The notes: a model not told the origin generated them from the sequence alone. Shown: positions 15,894 through 26,298, counted from the first letter of the stretch. The stretch: 39,378 nt of DNA from a virus (IMGVR_UViG_3300025835_000012:1-39378), one strand, 5' to 3'. Made by a program: numbers and translations.

Positions 15894-16856
15894 ATGAACA
15901 GTACATCAAATATCACCAACGCGGTGAACAACTATTACGATCAGCTTTTGCTGCATCGTGCTACCTCTGAGCTTCTTCATGGTATGTTTGCGCAGAAGCG
16001 CCCTTTGCCTCGCAACGGGTCTACGAATACCATCAAGTTCCGCCGGTACTCTAACCTCTCCACGGCAACCACGCCTTTGGTAGAAGGACAGAACCCCGGA
16101 TCTGTACAGTTCACCATCGCTGATGTCACCGCACAGGTACAGGAGTATGGTAATTACGTTGAGGTTTCCTCCACGCTTGACTGGTCTGTGGTATCTTCCG
16201 AGCCTGCTGAATGGATGCAGATTCTTGGATACAACGCCAATGATACGCTGGATGTTCTGATGCGTGACGCATACAACGCTGGTACGAATGTATACTACGG
16301 TGGTAACGCAACACTGACGAGTAACGTGGATACGGCGGACCTTATTGATACGACTGCGATCAAGAAGTCTGTACGTCTTCTCAAGAACAACGACGCACGC
16401 ACGATTACCTCTTTCGGATATACGGACGATGCGCAGGATGTGAAGAATATCCGTCCTTGTTTTGTTGGTATTTGCCACCCAAACACGACGTATACGCTCA
16501 AGGGACTCACGGGATGGACGGATATTGAGCAGTACGCACACTCCACGCAGACAATGCCCGGAGAGGTTGGTAAGCTTGATGAAGTACGTTTCATTGAGAC
16601 AACCAATGCAAAGATCAAGACGGGTCAAGGAGATTCTGGTATTGACGTCTACACGACGTTGATTTTTGCACAGGATGCTGTCGGTCGAACGATGGTGACT
16701 GGTGAAGATCTCAAGACGATCTACCACCCTTTTGGTTCTGCTGGTGCGTCTGATCCTCTCAACCGTATCTCTACGATGGGATGGACGACGACCTTTGTTG
16801 CGATGATTCTGAACAACGCGTACCTTGTACGTATTGAGCACGCAGTCTCCGCTTAA
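15894..16856 (+). CDS. Major capsid protein, N4-gp56 family
   Basis: TIKFRRY...PLVEG, QEYGNYV, GICHP, GEVGKLDEVRFIET and DPLNRISTMGW motifs. Confidence 0.92.
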   Translation: MNSTSNITNAVNNYYDQLLLHRATSELLHGMFAQKRPLPRNGSTNTIKFRRYSNLSTATTPLVEGQNPGSVQFTIADVTAQVQEYGNYVEVSSTLDWSVVSSEPAEWMQILGYNANDTLDVLMRDAYNAGTNVYYGGNATLTSNVDTADLIDTTAIKKSVRLLKNNDARTITSFGYTDDAQDVKNIRPCFVGICHPNTTYTLKGLTGWTDIEQYAHSTQTMPGEVGKLDEVRFIETTNAKIKTGQGDSGIDVYTTLIFAQDAVGRTMVTGEDLKTIYHPFGSAGASDPLNRISTMGWTTTFVAMILNNAYLVRIEHAVSA

Positions 16857-16876
16857 ATTTTCTAAGAATATTGTTT

Positions 16877-17332
16877 ATGAAAACCACCAAAATGCAGGTA
16901 CAGCCCGTTGATTTCACAAAGGAGGACGCACCCGCTACTCCCGCTCGTGCTAGTCGTAGTGCTGCACTCACCCCAGCCCAGCGCGTCCAAGCTGGCGAAA
17001 AGATCTCTTTCGAAGAGCTGGAAGAACTCCGCAAGTCTGGTCGGTCTGATCTTTGGATTAGACACGAACTCTTGCACGGACAGAAAGAAGTCGTGACGAT
17101 CCCGCTGGATATGGGCGAAGGATTCGACAAAGTTGATCAGCGTACAGGAGAAGTCTTGTACCCTATGGAGTTTGTCGCAATCAATGGTATCACTGCACAC
17201 GTCCCCAAAGGCGTTCCTGTCGCGGTATCGTACTTGATTGCTCAGCAACTCAAGCCGTATATCAACAGCAAGATCCCTCGTAAGCATATTCCTATGAATG
17301 TGTCGAAGCCGCAGGTGTCTTATTCTTTCTAA
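16877..17332 (+). CDS. Conserved protein following N4-gp56-type capsid genes
   Basis: FVAINGITAHVPKGVPVAVSYLIAQQL motif and position. Confidence 0.65.
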   Translation: MKTTKMQVQPVDFTKEDAPATPARASRSAALTPAQRVQAGEKISFEELEELRKSGRSDLWIRHELLHGQKEVVTIPLDMGEGFDKVDQRTGEVLYPMEFVAINGITAHVPKGVPVAVSYLIAQQLKPYINSKIPRKHIPMNVSKPQVSYSF

Positions 17333-17345
17333 CTAGAACAACTGT

Positions 17346-17837
17346 ATGAGTAATTATTCTGACGGACATATTGAGTCCCGCAAGTCTCTGATCGAGCTTG
17401 CAAAATCTGCAAATCACACGCTTCTTTCTACTGGCGGTCTCGCGATCAAGGCTGGTGGATCTGCGCTGGTGAAGGCTGCTACGGCATGCCGCGCGTTTGT
17501 GAACGGTACGCTGGTCTCTATCTCCGCGAATACGGATATGGCTGCACTTGCTGGTACTATCACCGCTGACCTCTTCAATGTGTATGTCTTCTCTGTGGAC
17601 TCTGCTGGTACGCTGTACACGCAGATGGGTACAGAAGGTGCTGCACTTGGTGATATTGTGTTCCCTGTGGTTCCTGCTGACCGTGCAGTGATTGGATTTA
17701 TTATCGTCAATCCTACCGGTACTGGTAACTTCGTGGGAGGTACGACGGCTTTGGACGACGCTACTGTTGTCCCAAACGCTGTGTACGTGAACACGCCATA
17801 CCCTTTCAATCCTTCTCTGTCTCTCGCTGCTGCGTAA
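17346..17837 (+). CDS. Putative head decoration/cement protein
   Basis: Ala/Gly/Thr/Val-rich, last gene before a terminator in the capsid transcript. Confidence 0.55.
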   Translation: MSNYSDGHIESRKSLIELAKSANHTLLSTGGLAIKAGGSALVKAATACRAFVNGTLVSISANTDMAALAGTITADLFNVYVFSVDSAGTLYTQMGTEGAALGDIVFPVVPADRAVIGFIIVNPTGTGNFVGGTTALDDATVVPNAVYVNTPYPFNPSLSLAAA

Positions 17838-17861
17838 AGACAAGACTGATCACAACGGAAG

Positions 17862-17893
17862 AATACTCGCTCGAAAGGGCGGGTATTTTTTTT
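17862..17893 (+). terminator. Intrinsic terminator
   Basis: AATACTCGCTC-GAAA-GGGCGGGTATT hairpin followed by a T run. Confidence 0.85.
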
Positions 17894-17894
17894 G

Positions 17895-17923
17895 TTGCGT
17901 GCGTTCTACACACCCCGTACAAT
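17895..17923 (+). promoter_or_regulatory. Promoter for tail/adaptor genes
   Basis: TTGCGT, 17 bp, TACAAT immediately after the terminator. Confidence 0.7.
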
Positions 17924-17952
17924 ATACATAGTATGGGGCGCAACTTCTTTTG

Positions 17953-18669
17953 ATGAACGGTATACAGTTCGCGGCACTTGTCCGCACCACCACGAATCAA
18001 GACTCTGCAACGTTCCCGGATGCACGTATGGTTGCGTATACCAACGCTGCACTAGAAGAACTTGTCCCACGTGTTGAATCCGTCAACGAGGGATTTTTTA
18101 CGATGGAGTATTACCATGATCTGGTCGCTGATCAACGGCTCTACACGTTCCCGGACGATATGATGAACCGGATGGAAAAACTCGCGATCAAGTTTGAAAC
18201 ATGGGATGGGTATAAATGGTGTGAAGAAGATCGGTTGTCGATGACGGGTCTCCCTGCGGATGAAGCAACAATCCGTGCGCAGTACAGTGATAGCCGCCCG
18301 AAGTTCTGGCTCCGTCGTGAAGGGTTGTATATTCTCACGGGAAGCGCTATCCCGGACGCGACGGATGGTATCCAGTTTTGGGCGAAGAAGTACCCGAACG
18401 ATATTTCTGCGACAACGCTTGCGCAGTCGTTTGATATGTCTATCGCGCCTGCTGCGGATGGTGTTGGTATCCCACGCTTGATGCACCGTGTCCTCGCGAT
18501 GCGTGTGTCGATTATGTACAAGGAGGATCGTGACCGTCCGCTTCCTCTGACGCAGGCAGAACAGAACTTTGAGTTTCATGTCCAGAAGATGCTTGATAGT
18601 ATCGGTGGACAGAATCTTGAACGTTCTATTACGCCACGGTTCCCGTATGATGATGGTTCTCAATACTAA
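17953..18669 (+). CDS. Putative head-tail adaptor
   Basis: Size and position; N-terminal helical motif (YTNAALEEL), YTFPDD and IPRLMHRVLA resemble podovirus adaptors. Confidence 0.6.
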   Translation: MNGIQFAALVRTTTNQDSATFPDARMVAYTNAALEELVPRVESVNEGFFTMEYYHDLVADQRLYTFPDDMMNRMEKLAIKFETWDGYKWCEEDRLSMTGLPADEATIRAQYSDSRPKFWLRREGLYILTGSAIPDATDGIQFWAKKYPNDISATTLAQSFDMSIAPAADGVGIPRLMHRVLAMRVSIMYKEDRDRPLPLTQAEQNFEFHVQKMLDSIGGQNLERSITPRFPYDDGSQY

Positions 18670-18681
18670 CTTTCTTTTCGT

Positions 18682-19245
18682 ATGCTTCTCCGTTCACGAC
18701 TTAAAATCAAGAACAATGTCCGCGCTGTGTTGAAAGACGCAGATGGGAATATTGTTCCCGTGTTCCAGCCGAACGCGTTTGGACTCGCGTTCTTTAAGGC
18801 AACAGGGAAACTCCCGCAGTTGCCTGTCTTTGGCGCGATGAGTACCACACTCTCTTTGAGTAACCTTGTGACGACCGCAGGACGTGCGGCGCTTGCTGCA
18901 AAGATCGGCGGTGTTTCTGTTGTAGGGGATTGGAAGTATCTCGCGATTGGTACAGACAACACGGCTGCAACGATTGGCGATATTGCGCTTGGTGCAGAAA
19001 TCACGACAGGTGGCGGTGCTCGTGCGGTAGCAACGGCTGCACTCACGACGACAGATACCACGAATGACACATTACAACTTGATTATGAATGGACGTTCTC
19101 CTCGACGTTTGCAGTCAATGAGGTGGGTGTGTTTAATGCTGCATCTGGTCCTACGATGCTTGCTCGTGTGTTGTTTCCTGCTGGCGTTATCAACGTTTCT
19201 AGTGGGATGAAGCTGCATGTATATTGGAAACTTGACCTCGACTAA
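18682..19245 (+). CDS. Virion structural protein (tail-collar/fibre-like)
   Basis: LVTTAGRAALA, YLAIGT and NEVGVFNAASG..MLAR motifs. Confidence 0.7.
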   Translation: MLLRSRLKIKNNVRAVLKDADGNIVPVFQPNAFGLAFFKATGKLPQLPVFGAMSTTLSLSNLVTTAGRAALAAKIGGVSVVGDWKYLAIGTDNTAATIGDIALGAEITTGGGARAVATAALTTTDTTNDTLQLDYEWTFSSTFAVNEVGVFNAASGPTMLARVLFPAGVINVSSGMKLHVYWKLDLD

Positions 19246-19248
19246 CCT

Positions 19249-19785
19249 ATGGCTCGTATATTACCTCCAACACGGAACCGCACGAAGGTGCTTGTCTCTG
19301 GTACAATCAGTGCCGGAGCGGTTTCTATTACGCTCACGTCCGGACAAGGCGCGTTACTCCCCGATCCTGCAACGGAAGGCGAGTACCGGCTTGTTTTATA
19401 TGATGCGTCCACCTATCCAGATCCAACGGACGATCCAGATTGCGAAGATGTTACCGTCACGGCGAAGTCGACGGACACGCTAACCGTTGATCCCGTCGTG
19501 AATAACCATACGACGATCGGCGTGCAGTACGTCATGTACTTGTCTTTCGATAAAGAACAGATCGACGAGATCGATGATTTCTTACAGGACCTTACACGTG
19601 CAGTAACCAGCATCACATACACAGATGGGTACGCTACAACGATTACAACACCGACACGTACATATACGTTGACATACGACCAATATGGCGAAGTAGAGAC
19701 GGTCACGACAAATGATAGTCCTGCTGTTGTCTACACGATCGTAAGAAACAGGGAAGGACAACTTCAATCTATAACACGCGCATAA
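19249..19785 (+). CDS. Putative tail protein
   Basis: Thr-rich beta character; C-terminal YD-like LTYD..G.V motif; tail region. Confidence 0.6.
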   Translation: MARILPPTRNRTKVLVSGTISAGAVSITLTSGQGALLPDPATEGEYRLVLYDASTYPDPTDDPDCEDVTVTAKSTDTLTVDPVVNNHTTIGVQYVMYLSFDKEQIDEIDDFLQDLTRAVTSITYTDGYATTITTPTRTYTLTYDQYGEVETVTTNDSPAVVYTIVRNREGQLQSITRA

Positions 19786-19787
19786 AT

Positions 19788-21368
19788 ATGCTGACTATCA
19801 ACGCAACACCATTTAAAAGTCCTATTGGTCTTAGTACAGGGAAATACACACCATACGCAGTGCTCACCGATAATAAGTGTGTTGACCTTGATACATGGTC
19901 TGATGGGACCAGTGGAACACACGGGCTCTTGTATCCCATTAACTACGCGACAACAGAGCAGACTTTAATCAATACCAACATGACTGCTGCGCAGGGTATT
20001 TTCACGATTGACGATAACTCGTACGCTACTACTGCAACAAAGAAAAAGATTCTTGGTAACTTCTACAATGAGTACAAGAACGTTTCCCGTGTTGGACTTT
20101 TTTTGGATGATATGTTCGCGAATAGTACCACGTTGAACGCTTCGACAGGCGCACGTCGTATTGTAGAGATTGCTACCGATAAGGTTGCTGTTGTGTACAT
20201 AGACAGCGCAGATTCTAGTAAATGCAAAGTGCTTATTGTTGAACTCACAAACAATGGTACTGCGACGGCTGGCTCTGTATATACACTTGATAATACTGCG
20301 AGTTGTTATACTCCGAATGTTGTTGCTTTGGGTACGGATAAGTTTGTTGCTACATGGGGACGTAGTAATACGCAGCACGCTTCTGTATGTACTGTTTCTG
20401 GTACAGTTGTCACTGTCGGTAGCGCAGCATCTGCGACGACAAACTCAAGCTCACCAAACGGCATTGTAAAACTCGACACAGACAAGTTTGCTATGTCGTT
20501 TGTGGATAATACGTCTTCTAATATGGAAGTCATCGCAGCGACTGTTTCTGGTACAACAATAAGTTTTGGCACAAAGGCAACCGTACTTACGGGTACAGGA
20601 ACACCTTTCGTTGGTGGTAACTCAACACAAGGTTGTCGTTCTATGCAGCAGTTGGATACAAACAAGATTTTTTTAATTTGGAATGAGACAAGCACGTACA
20701 ACTACTGCGCTATTACTTTTTCTGGAACTACTCCGACGATTGGCACGAATAGCACCTTGTCGAACAGTTCGTTCCAGACGGTCCAGAGGACAGATACTGC
20801 ACTGGTCACCACTAACAAAGTAGTGGTTGTTGGAGGTACAGCTACTGCTACAAACGCAGTGATTATCTCTTTTTCTGGAACAACGGCTAGTGCAGGAACA
20901 ATAGCAACGGCGCTTACTACAGTGTCGACGATGTATTCTCGTAGTGTTATTGCGCGAAGTTCAACAGACATTCTCGTCGCATGTGTTGCGACAATTTCTA
21001 GTTCAACTGGGTTGTACGCAAACCAACTCTCCGTAAGTGGCAACAACTTTACGCGTGGTGATATGCACAATGTCGTGCCGTTTACGACCACTGTTTACGG
21101 GAATACACTGATCCAAACAACGAATTACAGTGTTATGGTTGCTTCTGCTGCTGCATCGCTTTCTATACGTATGTACGCTGTCCGCCACGGTAACGTGACT
21201 ATTACTGTCAACGGCGAAGCGTTTGCTACATCGTCTAGTGTAAAACTGCTTTCATATATTGGCAGTCCTGTCGCTATTGGTGGACGCAAAGTATACCTTG
21301 CTATTACAAACAACAACGCTTTTACACAGAGTATTCCTATGGGGTATGTATATGCTAACGTCGAATAA
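19788..21368 (+). CDS. Putative receptor-binding/tail spike protein with beta-propeller-like repeats
   Basis: About six repeats of roughly 50 aa (xxLxTDKF...hSGTThxxGT); Thr/Ser-rich. Confidence 0.65.
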   Translation: MLTINATPFKSPIGLSTGKYTPYAVLTDNKCVDLDTWSDGTSGTHGLLYPINYATTEQTLINTNMTAAQGIFTIDDNSYATTATKKKILGNFYNEYKNVSRVGLFLDDMFANSTTLNASTGARRIVEIATDKVAVVYIDSADSSKCKVLIVELTNNGTATAGSVYTLDNTASCYTPNVVALGTDKFVATWGRSNTQHASVCTVSGTVVTVGSAASATTNSSSPNGIVKLDTDKFAMSFVDNTSSNMEVIAATVSGTTISFGTKATVLTGTGTPFVGGNSTQGCRSMQQLDTNKIFLIWNETSTYNYCAITFSGTTPTIGTNSTLSNSSFQTVQRTDTALVTTNKVVVVGGTATATNAVIISFSGTTASAGTIATALTTVSTMYSRSVIARSSTDILVACVATISSSTGLYANQLSVSGNNFTRGDMHNVVPFTTTVYGNTLIQTTNYSVMVASAAASLSIRMYAVRHGNVTITVNGEAFATSSSVKLLSYIGSPVAIGGRKVYLAITNNNAFTQSIPMGYVYANVE

Positions 21369-21370
21369 CT

Positions 21371-21583
21371 ATGACTATGCCCGCTTTTAAGATCGGTGAG
21401 AATGTTCTGTTCCAGTCCGGGATCACGCTCAGTGTCTCGACAGGAAAGAACGAATGGATGGAAGTCCCTGCGGCGTTGATCACCGTGGCAAAAGTCCGGT
21501 TGGTTGACGGCGTATGGTACTACCATGACGCGTTTGATACGCAGACTTTATATCCAGAAGAAGCTGGACAACTCTTTGCATAA
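21371..21583 (+). CDS. Hypothetical protein (70 aa)
   Basis: Tight operon packing. Confidence 0.6.
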   Translation: MTMPAFKIGENVLFQSGITLSVSTGKNEWMEVPAALITVAKVRLVDGVWYYHDAFDTQTLYPEEAGQLFA

Positions 21584-21892
21584 ATGATCGCAGGCGCACC
21601 TCTTGCATCTAGGACCGTGACAGGACATACCGCAGAGTATTTCCCTATCTCTATTTTCCTTACGGACACATTGACGCTTGTCGATAGTCTTGGCGATACG
21701 GAAGTAGAGTCCACGTCGACAGATACAATGACGCTTGTCGACACGCTTCCTGCACCGGAAGTAGAGACAACTATCACAGAGATATTGACACTAAAAGATT
21801 ACATGGTCGCACTCCTTGATGGGAAACTCGTTGACGGGTGGCGACGTACTGACAGACCTTCTACTTCTTGGCGACGTGTCGATAGACCATGA
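21584..21892 (+). CDS. Hypothetical virion protein (102 aa)
   Basis: Internal (T)DT(L/M)TLVD repeats; ATGA overlap with the next gene. Confidence 0.65.
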   Translation: MIAGAPLASRTVTGHTAEYFPISIFLTDTLTLVDSLGDTEVESTSTDTMTLVDTLPAPEVETTITEILTLKDYMVALLDGKLVDGWRRTDRPSTSWRRVDRP

Positions 21893-23376
21893 AAAATGAA
21901 ATAGTCCTCAATCAGTTTCACCTGACGCAGAACATGGATGACCCTATGGCGGACGGATGTCGTGCGTCACGGTTTATACGCTGTACGCCTCAACGCCAGC
22001 TTGGGCTTATTATGCCTTCTACTGGACCTGCTGGATGGACAGACGGTGTTTCGCCGTTTACAACAAACATTGCCTCCGCGTTTCTCCCATGGACGTTTGA
22101 TGCAGGGTACTACTTCTTGCTCAATGATACCGTCTACGAAGGAGATCAAGACAACCAGACCGCGACACTCTTGCATACACGCACACCTGCTGCTGGTGCA
22201 AAAGATGTCTACAATGTCATCTCTTTTGGCGCGTATATCTACTACGCTATGGAGAAACGTCTTGGACGGCTTGATCCTGCGACGAATACGTTCAATGACA
22301 ACTTCGCAACGTTTACGAATGGTGTGAGTAGTATCTATCACCCCATGCGTATAGTGAATGATACGCTGTATATCGGTGACGACGATCTTGTCGCGCAAGT
22401 CGACAGCGCGGGGATCTTCACTGCAAATGCACTGGATATAGAGCCGGGGTTTTCTGTGACCGCGTTGTACGAATGGAATAATCAACTACTGATCGCTGCT
22501 GCTGCGGAGACAAACGGGACATCGTTCAATGAGCGTAAAGCGTCTTATAGTAAGATCTATCGCTGGAATACGTGGAGTGTTTCTTGGGATACGGCAACGA
22601 TTGTTCCTGAAGAACTCGTCGCTGGATTTATCGTGAGCGGTGGAGGGTTGTACATGTTGACGAAGTCCGACAAGGTACGCTTTTACCGGTACAACGAGCC
22701 ATACGCGGATATGGTGATGGAAATGCCTATCGGTGACATGGACACATCGAACAACCGTTATGCGACGGTATTCCCTATGGCCTTTCACGATTACCAAGGG
22801 ACCACATATTTTGCAATAGGCAACGAAGCCGCCGTGACGACATCGTATGAGTCTGGTATCTACACGTTCAAAGCAAAGAAGTCTGGGTATCCTCCAACGG
22901 TCCAACTGGAATATCAGTACCGAGGGTATGAGACAAACAACTGGGTTGACTACTACTGCTTAGGAAGTCTTGAGAATGTTGGACTGTTTTGGTCGTATCA
23001 CCAAACAGAGAATCCCGGTGAAGACGCTGCTGGAACGGATTACGTGAGTACAGGGAACTCAAATAGCGCTGTCTCAAGTTACATTGTCGACACGGGGTAT
23101 ATCACGGTGGATCGCGCGAACAGGAAACAGTTTCGTATCGCCGTTGATATGGGATACTGGACCAGTGGGACGACGTGTGCCGTTGGTGCGTTGCTTGACG
23201 GACCTTCTGGATCAACACAGAATATCACGATGTTGCGGGATGAGGAACGCCGGATGTTTGTCTCTGATCTTATCACCGATGAGTGCAACTTCATCAAGCT
23301 CCAAGTGACGATCTCTGATAGTAGTGTTGGACAGATGAACGATTGTATCCAAAGTATTCGTCTTTTATTCTCGTAG
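21889..23376 (+). CDS. Putative tail nozzle/hub protein (beta-propeller, P22 gp10-like position)
   Basis: 495 aa rich in aromatic beta strands, located before the ejection proteins. Confidence 0.6.
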   Translation: MKNEIVLNQFHLTQNMDDPMADGCRASRFIRCTPQRQLGLIMPSTGPAGWTDGVSPFTTNIASAFLPWTFDAGYYFLLNDTVYEGDQDNQTATLLHTRTPAAGAKDVYNVISFGAYIYYAMEKRLGRLDPATNTFNDNFATFTNGVSSIYHPMRIVNDTLYIGDDDLVAQVDSAGIFTANALDIEPGFSVTALYEWNNQLLIAAAAETNGTSFNERKASYSKIYRWNTWSVSWDTATIVPEELVAGFIVSGGGLYMLTKSDKVRFYRYNEPYADMVMEMPIGDMDTSNNRYATVFPMAFHDYQGTTYFAIGNEAAVTTSYESGIYTFKAKKSGYPPTVQLEYQYRGYETNNWVDYYCLGSLENVGLFWSYHQTENPGEDAAGTDYVSTGNSNSAVSSYIVDTGYITVDRANRKQFRIAVDMGYWTSGTTCAVGALLDGPSGSTQNITMLRDEERRMFVSDLITDECNFIKLQVTISDSSVGQMNDCIQSIRLLFS

Positions 23377-23377
23377 T

Positions 23378-23716
23378 ATGCAAGAAGATATTCGCCAGTT
23401 GCGTTCCCTTGTAGAGGCCATGTCACGTGATATACAATCATTACGTGATACGGTTCATGGACTCACACTCTCACAGAGAGATTTCCAACTTGGGAACAGT
23501 ATGCAACTAGGGAGCGGCGCAGAAGCAATGCACATGGACCGTCAAGGACTCTGGATGGGGACAAAAACGCTCGCAGAGATTACCGGTACAGTACCAATCC
23601 CCGGGTCGGCAATCCTTATGGACGGAACCATCTACGCGAAGGACGGGTTTACCGGTACGTTTACCGAGATGGGTGGTGGAAGTATAGACTTCGTCAACGG
23701 CATTTGCGTCGGATAA
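23378..23716 (+). CDS. Putative tail needle/fibre-like protein
   Basis: N-terminal coiled coil; C-terminal GFTGTF...FVNGICVG motif. Confidence 0.5.
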   Translation: MQEDIRQLRSLVEAMSRDIQSLRDTVHGLTLSQRDFQLGNSMQLGSGAEAMHMDRQGLWMGTKTLAEITGTVPIPGSAILMDGTIYAKDGFTGTFTEMGGGSIDFVNGICVG

Positions 23717-23734
23717 TATCATAACCTTCATACA

Positions 23735-26296
23735 ATGGCAGATAAGTATACGGTCCAGCCGGGTGATACCGTCGCAGGAATCGCACAAAAAGTGACGAGT
23801 GACCCTCTTGTTCAAGAGACACTGAAGCGCACGGGTATCTCCAATTTACTTCCCGGGCAAGAGATCCCTGTTCCCGCGCCCACAACAGGTGGAGTGACGA
23901 CGCCTCCTCCTTTGGAATTTGGTGCGCCTGTTGCTGCTGCTACACCCGGACTAGGGACGGTCACGCCTCCTGCTCCTACAGATACAGGACGGACACTTGC
24001 ACAGCTTCCTGTCGTAGGACAACCTCCTGCGCCGACGTACGAGAAACCTGCAATGAAAGGAGGCCAACAGACTTTTGATTTGTTCAACCGTCTTGTTTCT
24101 GGACAGGTAAAACCTGAAGGACAAACACCTGCGACCGTTGCGGAACAGGAAGCGTTCACGATGTACGGCAATTACCAGAAGTACAACACGGCAGACTCGA
24201 AGACATTATTTGACGCTATCCAGAAGGGCGAGATCACGCCCGATCCAAGCAACGTCCTTTGGCGTGCTATTAGTGCAGGTGGTGAACCGACGCCACAGAT
24301 GGTGGAGGCTTTCGGGTGGTGGAAGATGGCACAAGAACGGAACGCTGCGGGGAAACGTCCAGCGGATCCTTTCCTTGGTGGTGCGTTCCCGAAGCCTGCG
24401 AATCTTGATGAGGCCGACGCGCTCTTGAACGACGACCAGAAACGTATGAGTGAAGGCGATGGAGATACGACGGGGGCGATGGTCAATGAAGACCCTACAG
24501 CAACAAGTTTGTCCGGTGATGAGTACAGCAAGTATGAAAGCGAACTCCGTGCGATGTTGAATATCGCTGCACCTGCTGCGCCTGAGTATGAGAAGAATCT
24601 TCTCGCTTTACGTGGCCAGTACGGGGTCACAGCGCTTGAGTCTGACTTGGATACACTGCAAAAAGAATACGCGGATATGGAAGCTATTACCCGCCAGCGT
24701 TTACAGTATCAGACCGACCAACCTGTCGCGATGAACGTGATCTCTGGGCGTATGACTGAAGTCCAGCGCCAGCAGAAAGAACGGCTTGATTACCTTGGAC
24801 GTGAGATACAGTACCGGAACGATATGATCCAGACGGCGAATAGCGCGATCTCGATGATTATGAACGCAAAGCAGATGGATTATGGCGTTGCACGCCAGCA
24901 GTGGGAAGACGGTGTGAATGCTGCGAAAGGACTCTTGCAAGAGTTTGGCGCGATGCGGCAGGCAGAGATGGACGACGCAAATGCACGTCGTGATGACGCG
25001 CGTGCGGTATTGACAACGTACTACAACAACCTGACGGAAGGTACGATGAGTGCCGCTGATATGACACCGTCGGAGCAAATACAGGTAGCAAAGCTAGAAC
25101 TACAAGCAGGGATGCCTGTCGGGACGTTCGCGAATTTGCGTAGTAAGAATCCTACGATGGATGTCCGCACACAGGTAGAACGGCATGACGCTGCGGGGAA
25201 TAAGTATTTTGATATTGTGATGCAGGATAAGCGCACGGGGAAGGTGAGTATCCAGACCATCAAGGCAGGTTTTGATGCAGAGAAAGCTATGGGACTTGCA
25301 AAGGACGAGTTGGATATGATGAAGACCGTTGGCGACATCGCATACCGTGACGTGGAGACACAGTTGAAACAAGATGAGCTTTTGTATGATAAGCCGCTTG
25401 ACCGTGAGAATGTCCGCTCACAGATATTCAACCGTTCCGTGGACACACAGAAAGCACAGTATGAGATGGCTACAGACTATAATGTGAGTGGTCCTGCGGC
25501 GAACGCGAACACGTCGGATTACTTCAAGAACTATGGTGCTATCACTGGTCCGAACGGTAGCCCACTTTGGAAGTACGGGCTCGACGTGGATTTAAAGAAA
25601 GGAGATCCTGTTTACGCACCTGTCACGGGTGAAGTGGTCAAGGTAGGCACGAATGGTGGATTTGGCCAGCAGGTGCAGATCAAGGATGCACAAGGGAATC
25701 TTGTATGGCTTTCGCATCTTGATGGTGCGAGTGTACAAGTCGGCCAGAAAGTGAGTGCTGGTGCGCAAGTAGGTATTGGTGGCAACACTGGTAATACGAT
25801 CAAAGGCAAAGGCGGTGATGGATCACACTTGGATATAACGGTCAAGCGTCCTGATGGATCATACTTCTCTGCCCCTGATGTCCAGAATTATATCAGTAAG
25901 AACTACGCCGGAGAGGTAGGACGTGGCACGTCGGTCACGAAAAACGCGAATGCGAAGTCTGCAACAAAGACAGAGACGGAGAAGATGCTACGGGAGGAGT
26001 ATGCTGGGTACATCAAAAGCGAAAATATTGTTGGGCCTGACGGGAAGATAAGCCCGAACGTGTACAACAACATGCGTCAAGTTTGGACACAACAAGGTTT
26101 GGACCCGACTGCGTTTGATGATACGTTTGGTATGTACGCGAACACACAACATATCAATGACTATAACATAGGAACTACGGCACAAGTCGTGAAGAAGAAC
26201 ACTGCGTATGTTGGTGCAACAAGTGCTGCGGATAAACTCGCACAGGACGCACAATCTGCGGCAAAAAAAGCTATTACCTCTCTTTCCGGTAACTAA
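23735..26296 (+). CDS. Internal virion/ejection protein with an N-terminal LysM and an M23-like domain
   Basis: YTVQPGDTVAGIA...LLPGQEI (LysM); helical middle; GLD...VYAPVTGEV...GGFG...SHL...GNTGN...SHL (M23/LytM fold). Confidence 0.8.
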   Translation: MADKYTVQPGDTVAGIAQKVTSDPLVQETLKRTGISNLLPGQEIPVPAPTTGGVTTPPPLEFGAPVAAATPGLGTVTPPAPTDTGRTLAQLPVVGQPPAPTYEKPAMKGGQQTFDLFNRLVSGQVKPEGQTPATVAEQEAFTMYGNYQKYNTADSKTLFDAIQKGEITPDPSNVLWRAISAGGEPTPQMVEAFGWWKMAQERNAAGKRPADPFLGGAFPKPANLDEADALLNDDQKRMSEGDGDTTGAMVNEDPTATSLSGDEYSKYESELRAMLNIAAPAAPEYEKNLLALRGQYGVTALESDLDTLQKEYADMEAITRQRLQYQTDQPVAMNVISGRMTEVQRQQKERLDYLGREIQYRNDMIQTANSAISMIMNAKQMDYGVARQQWEDGVNAAKGLLQEFGAMRQAEMDDANARRDDARAVLTTYYNNLTEGTMSAADMTPSEQIQVAKLELQAGMPVGTFANLRSKNPTMDVRTQVERHDAAGNKYFDIVMQDKRTGKVSIQTIKAGFDAEKAMGLAKDELDMMKTVGDIAYRDVETQLKQDELLYDKPLDRENVRSQIFNRSVDTQKAQYEMATDYNVSGPAANANTSDYFKNYGAITGPNGSPLWKYGLDVDLKKGDPVYAPVTGEVVKVGTNGGFGQQVQIKDAQGNLVWLSHLDGASVQVGQKVSAGAQVGIGGNTGNTIKGKGGDGSHLDITVKRPDGSYFSAPDVQNYISKNYAGEVGRGTSVTKNANAKSATKTETEKMLREEYAGYIKSENIVGPDGKISPNVYNNMRQVWTQQGLDPTAFDDTFGMYANTQHINDYNIGTTAQVVKKNTAYVGATSAADKLAQDAQSAAKKAITSLSGN

Positions 26297-26298
26297 CC

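Noticed and set aside
19788-23716. Diversity-generating retroelement or invertase acting on tail genes
   Set aside because: No reverse transcriptase or recombinase, and no template/variable repeat pair seen by eye.
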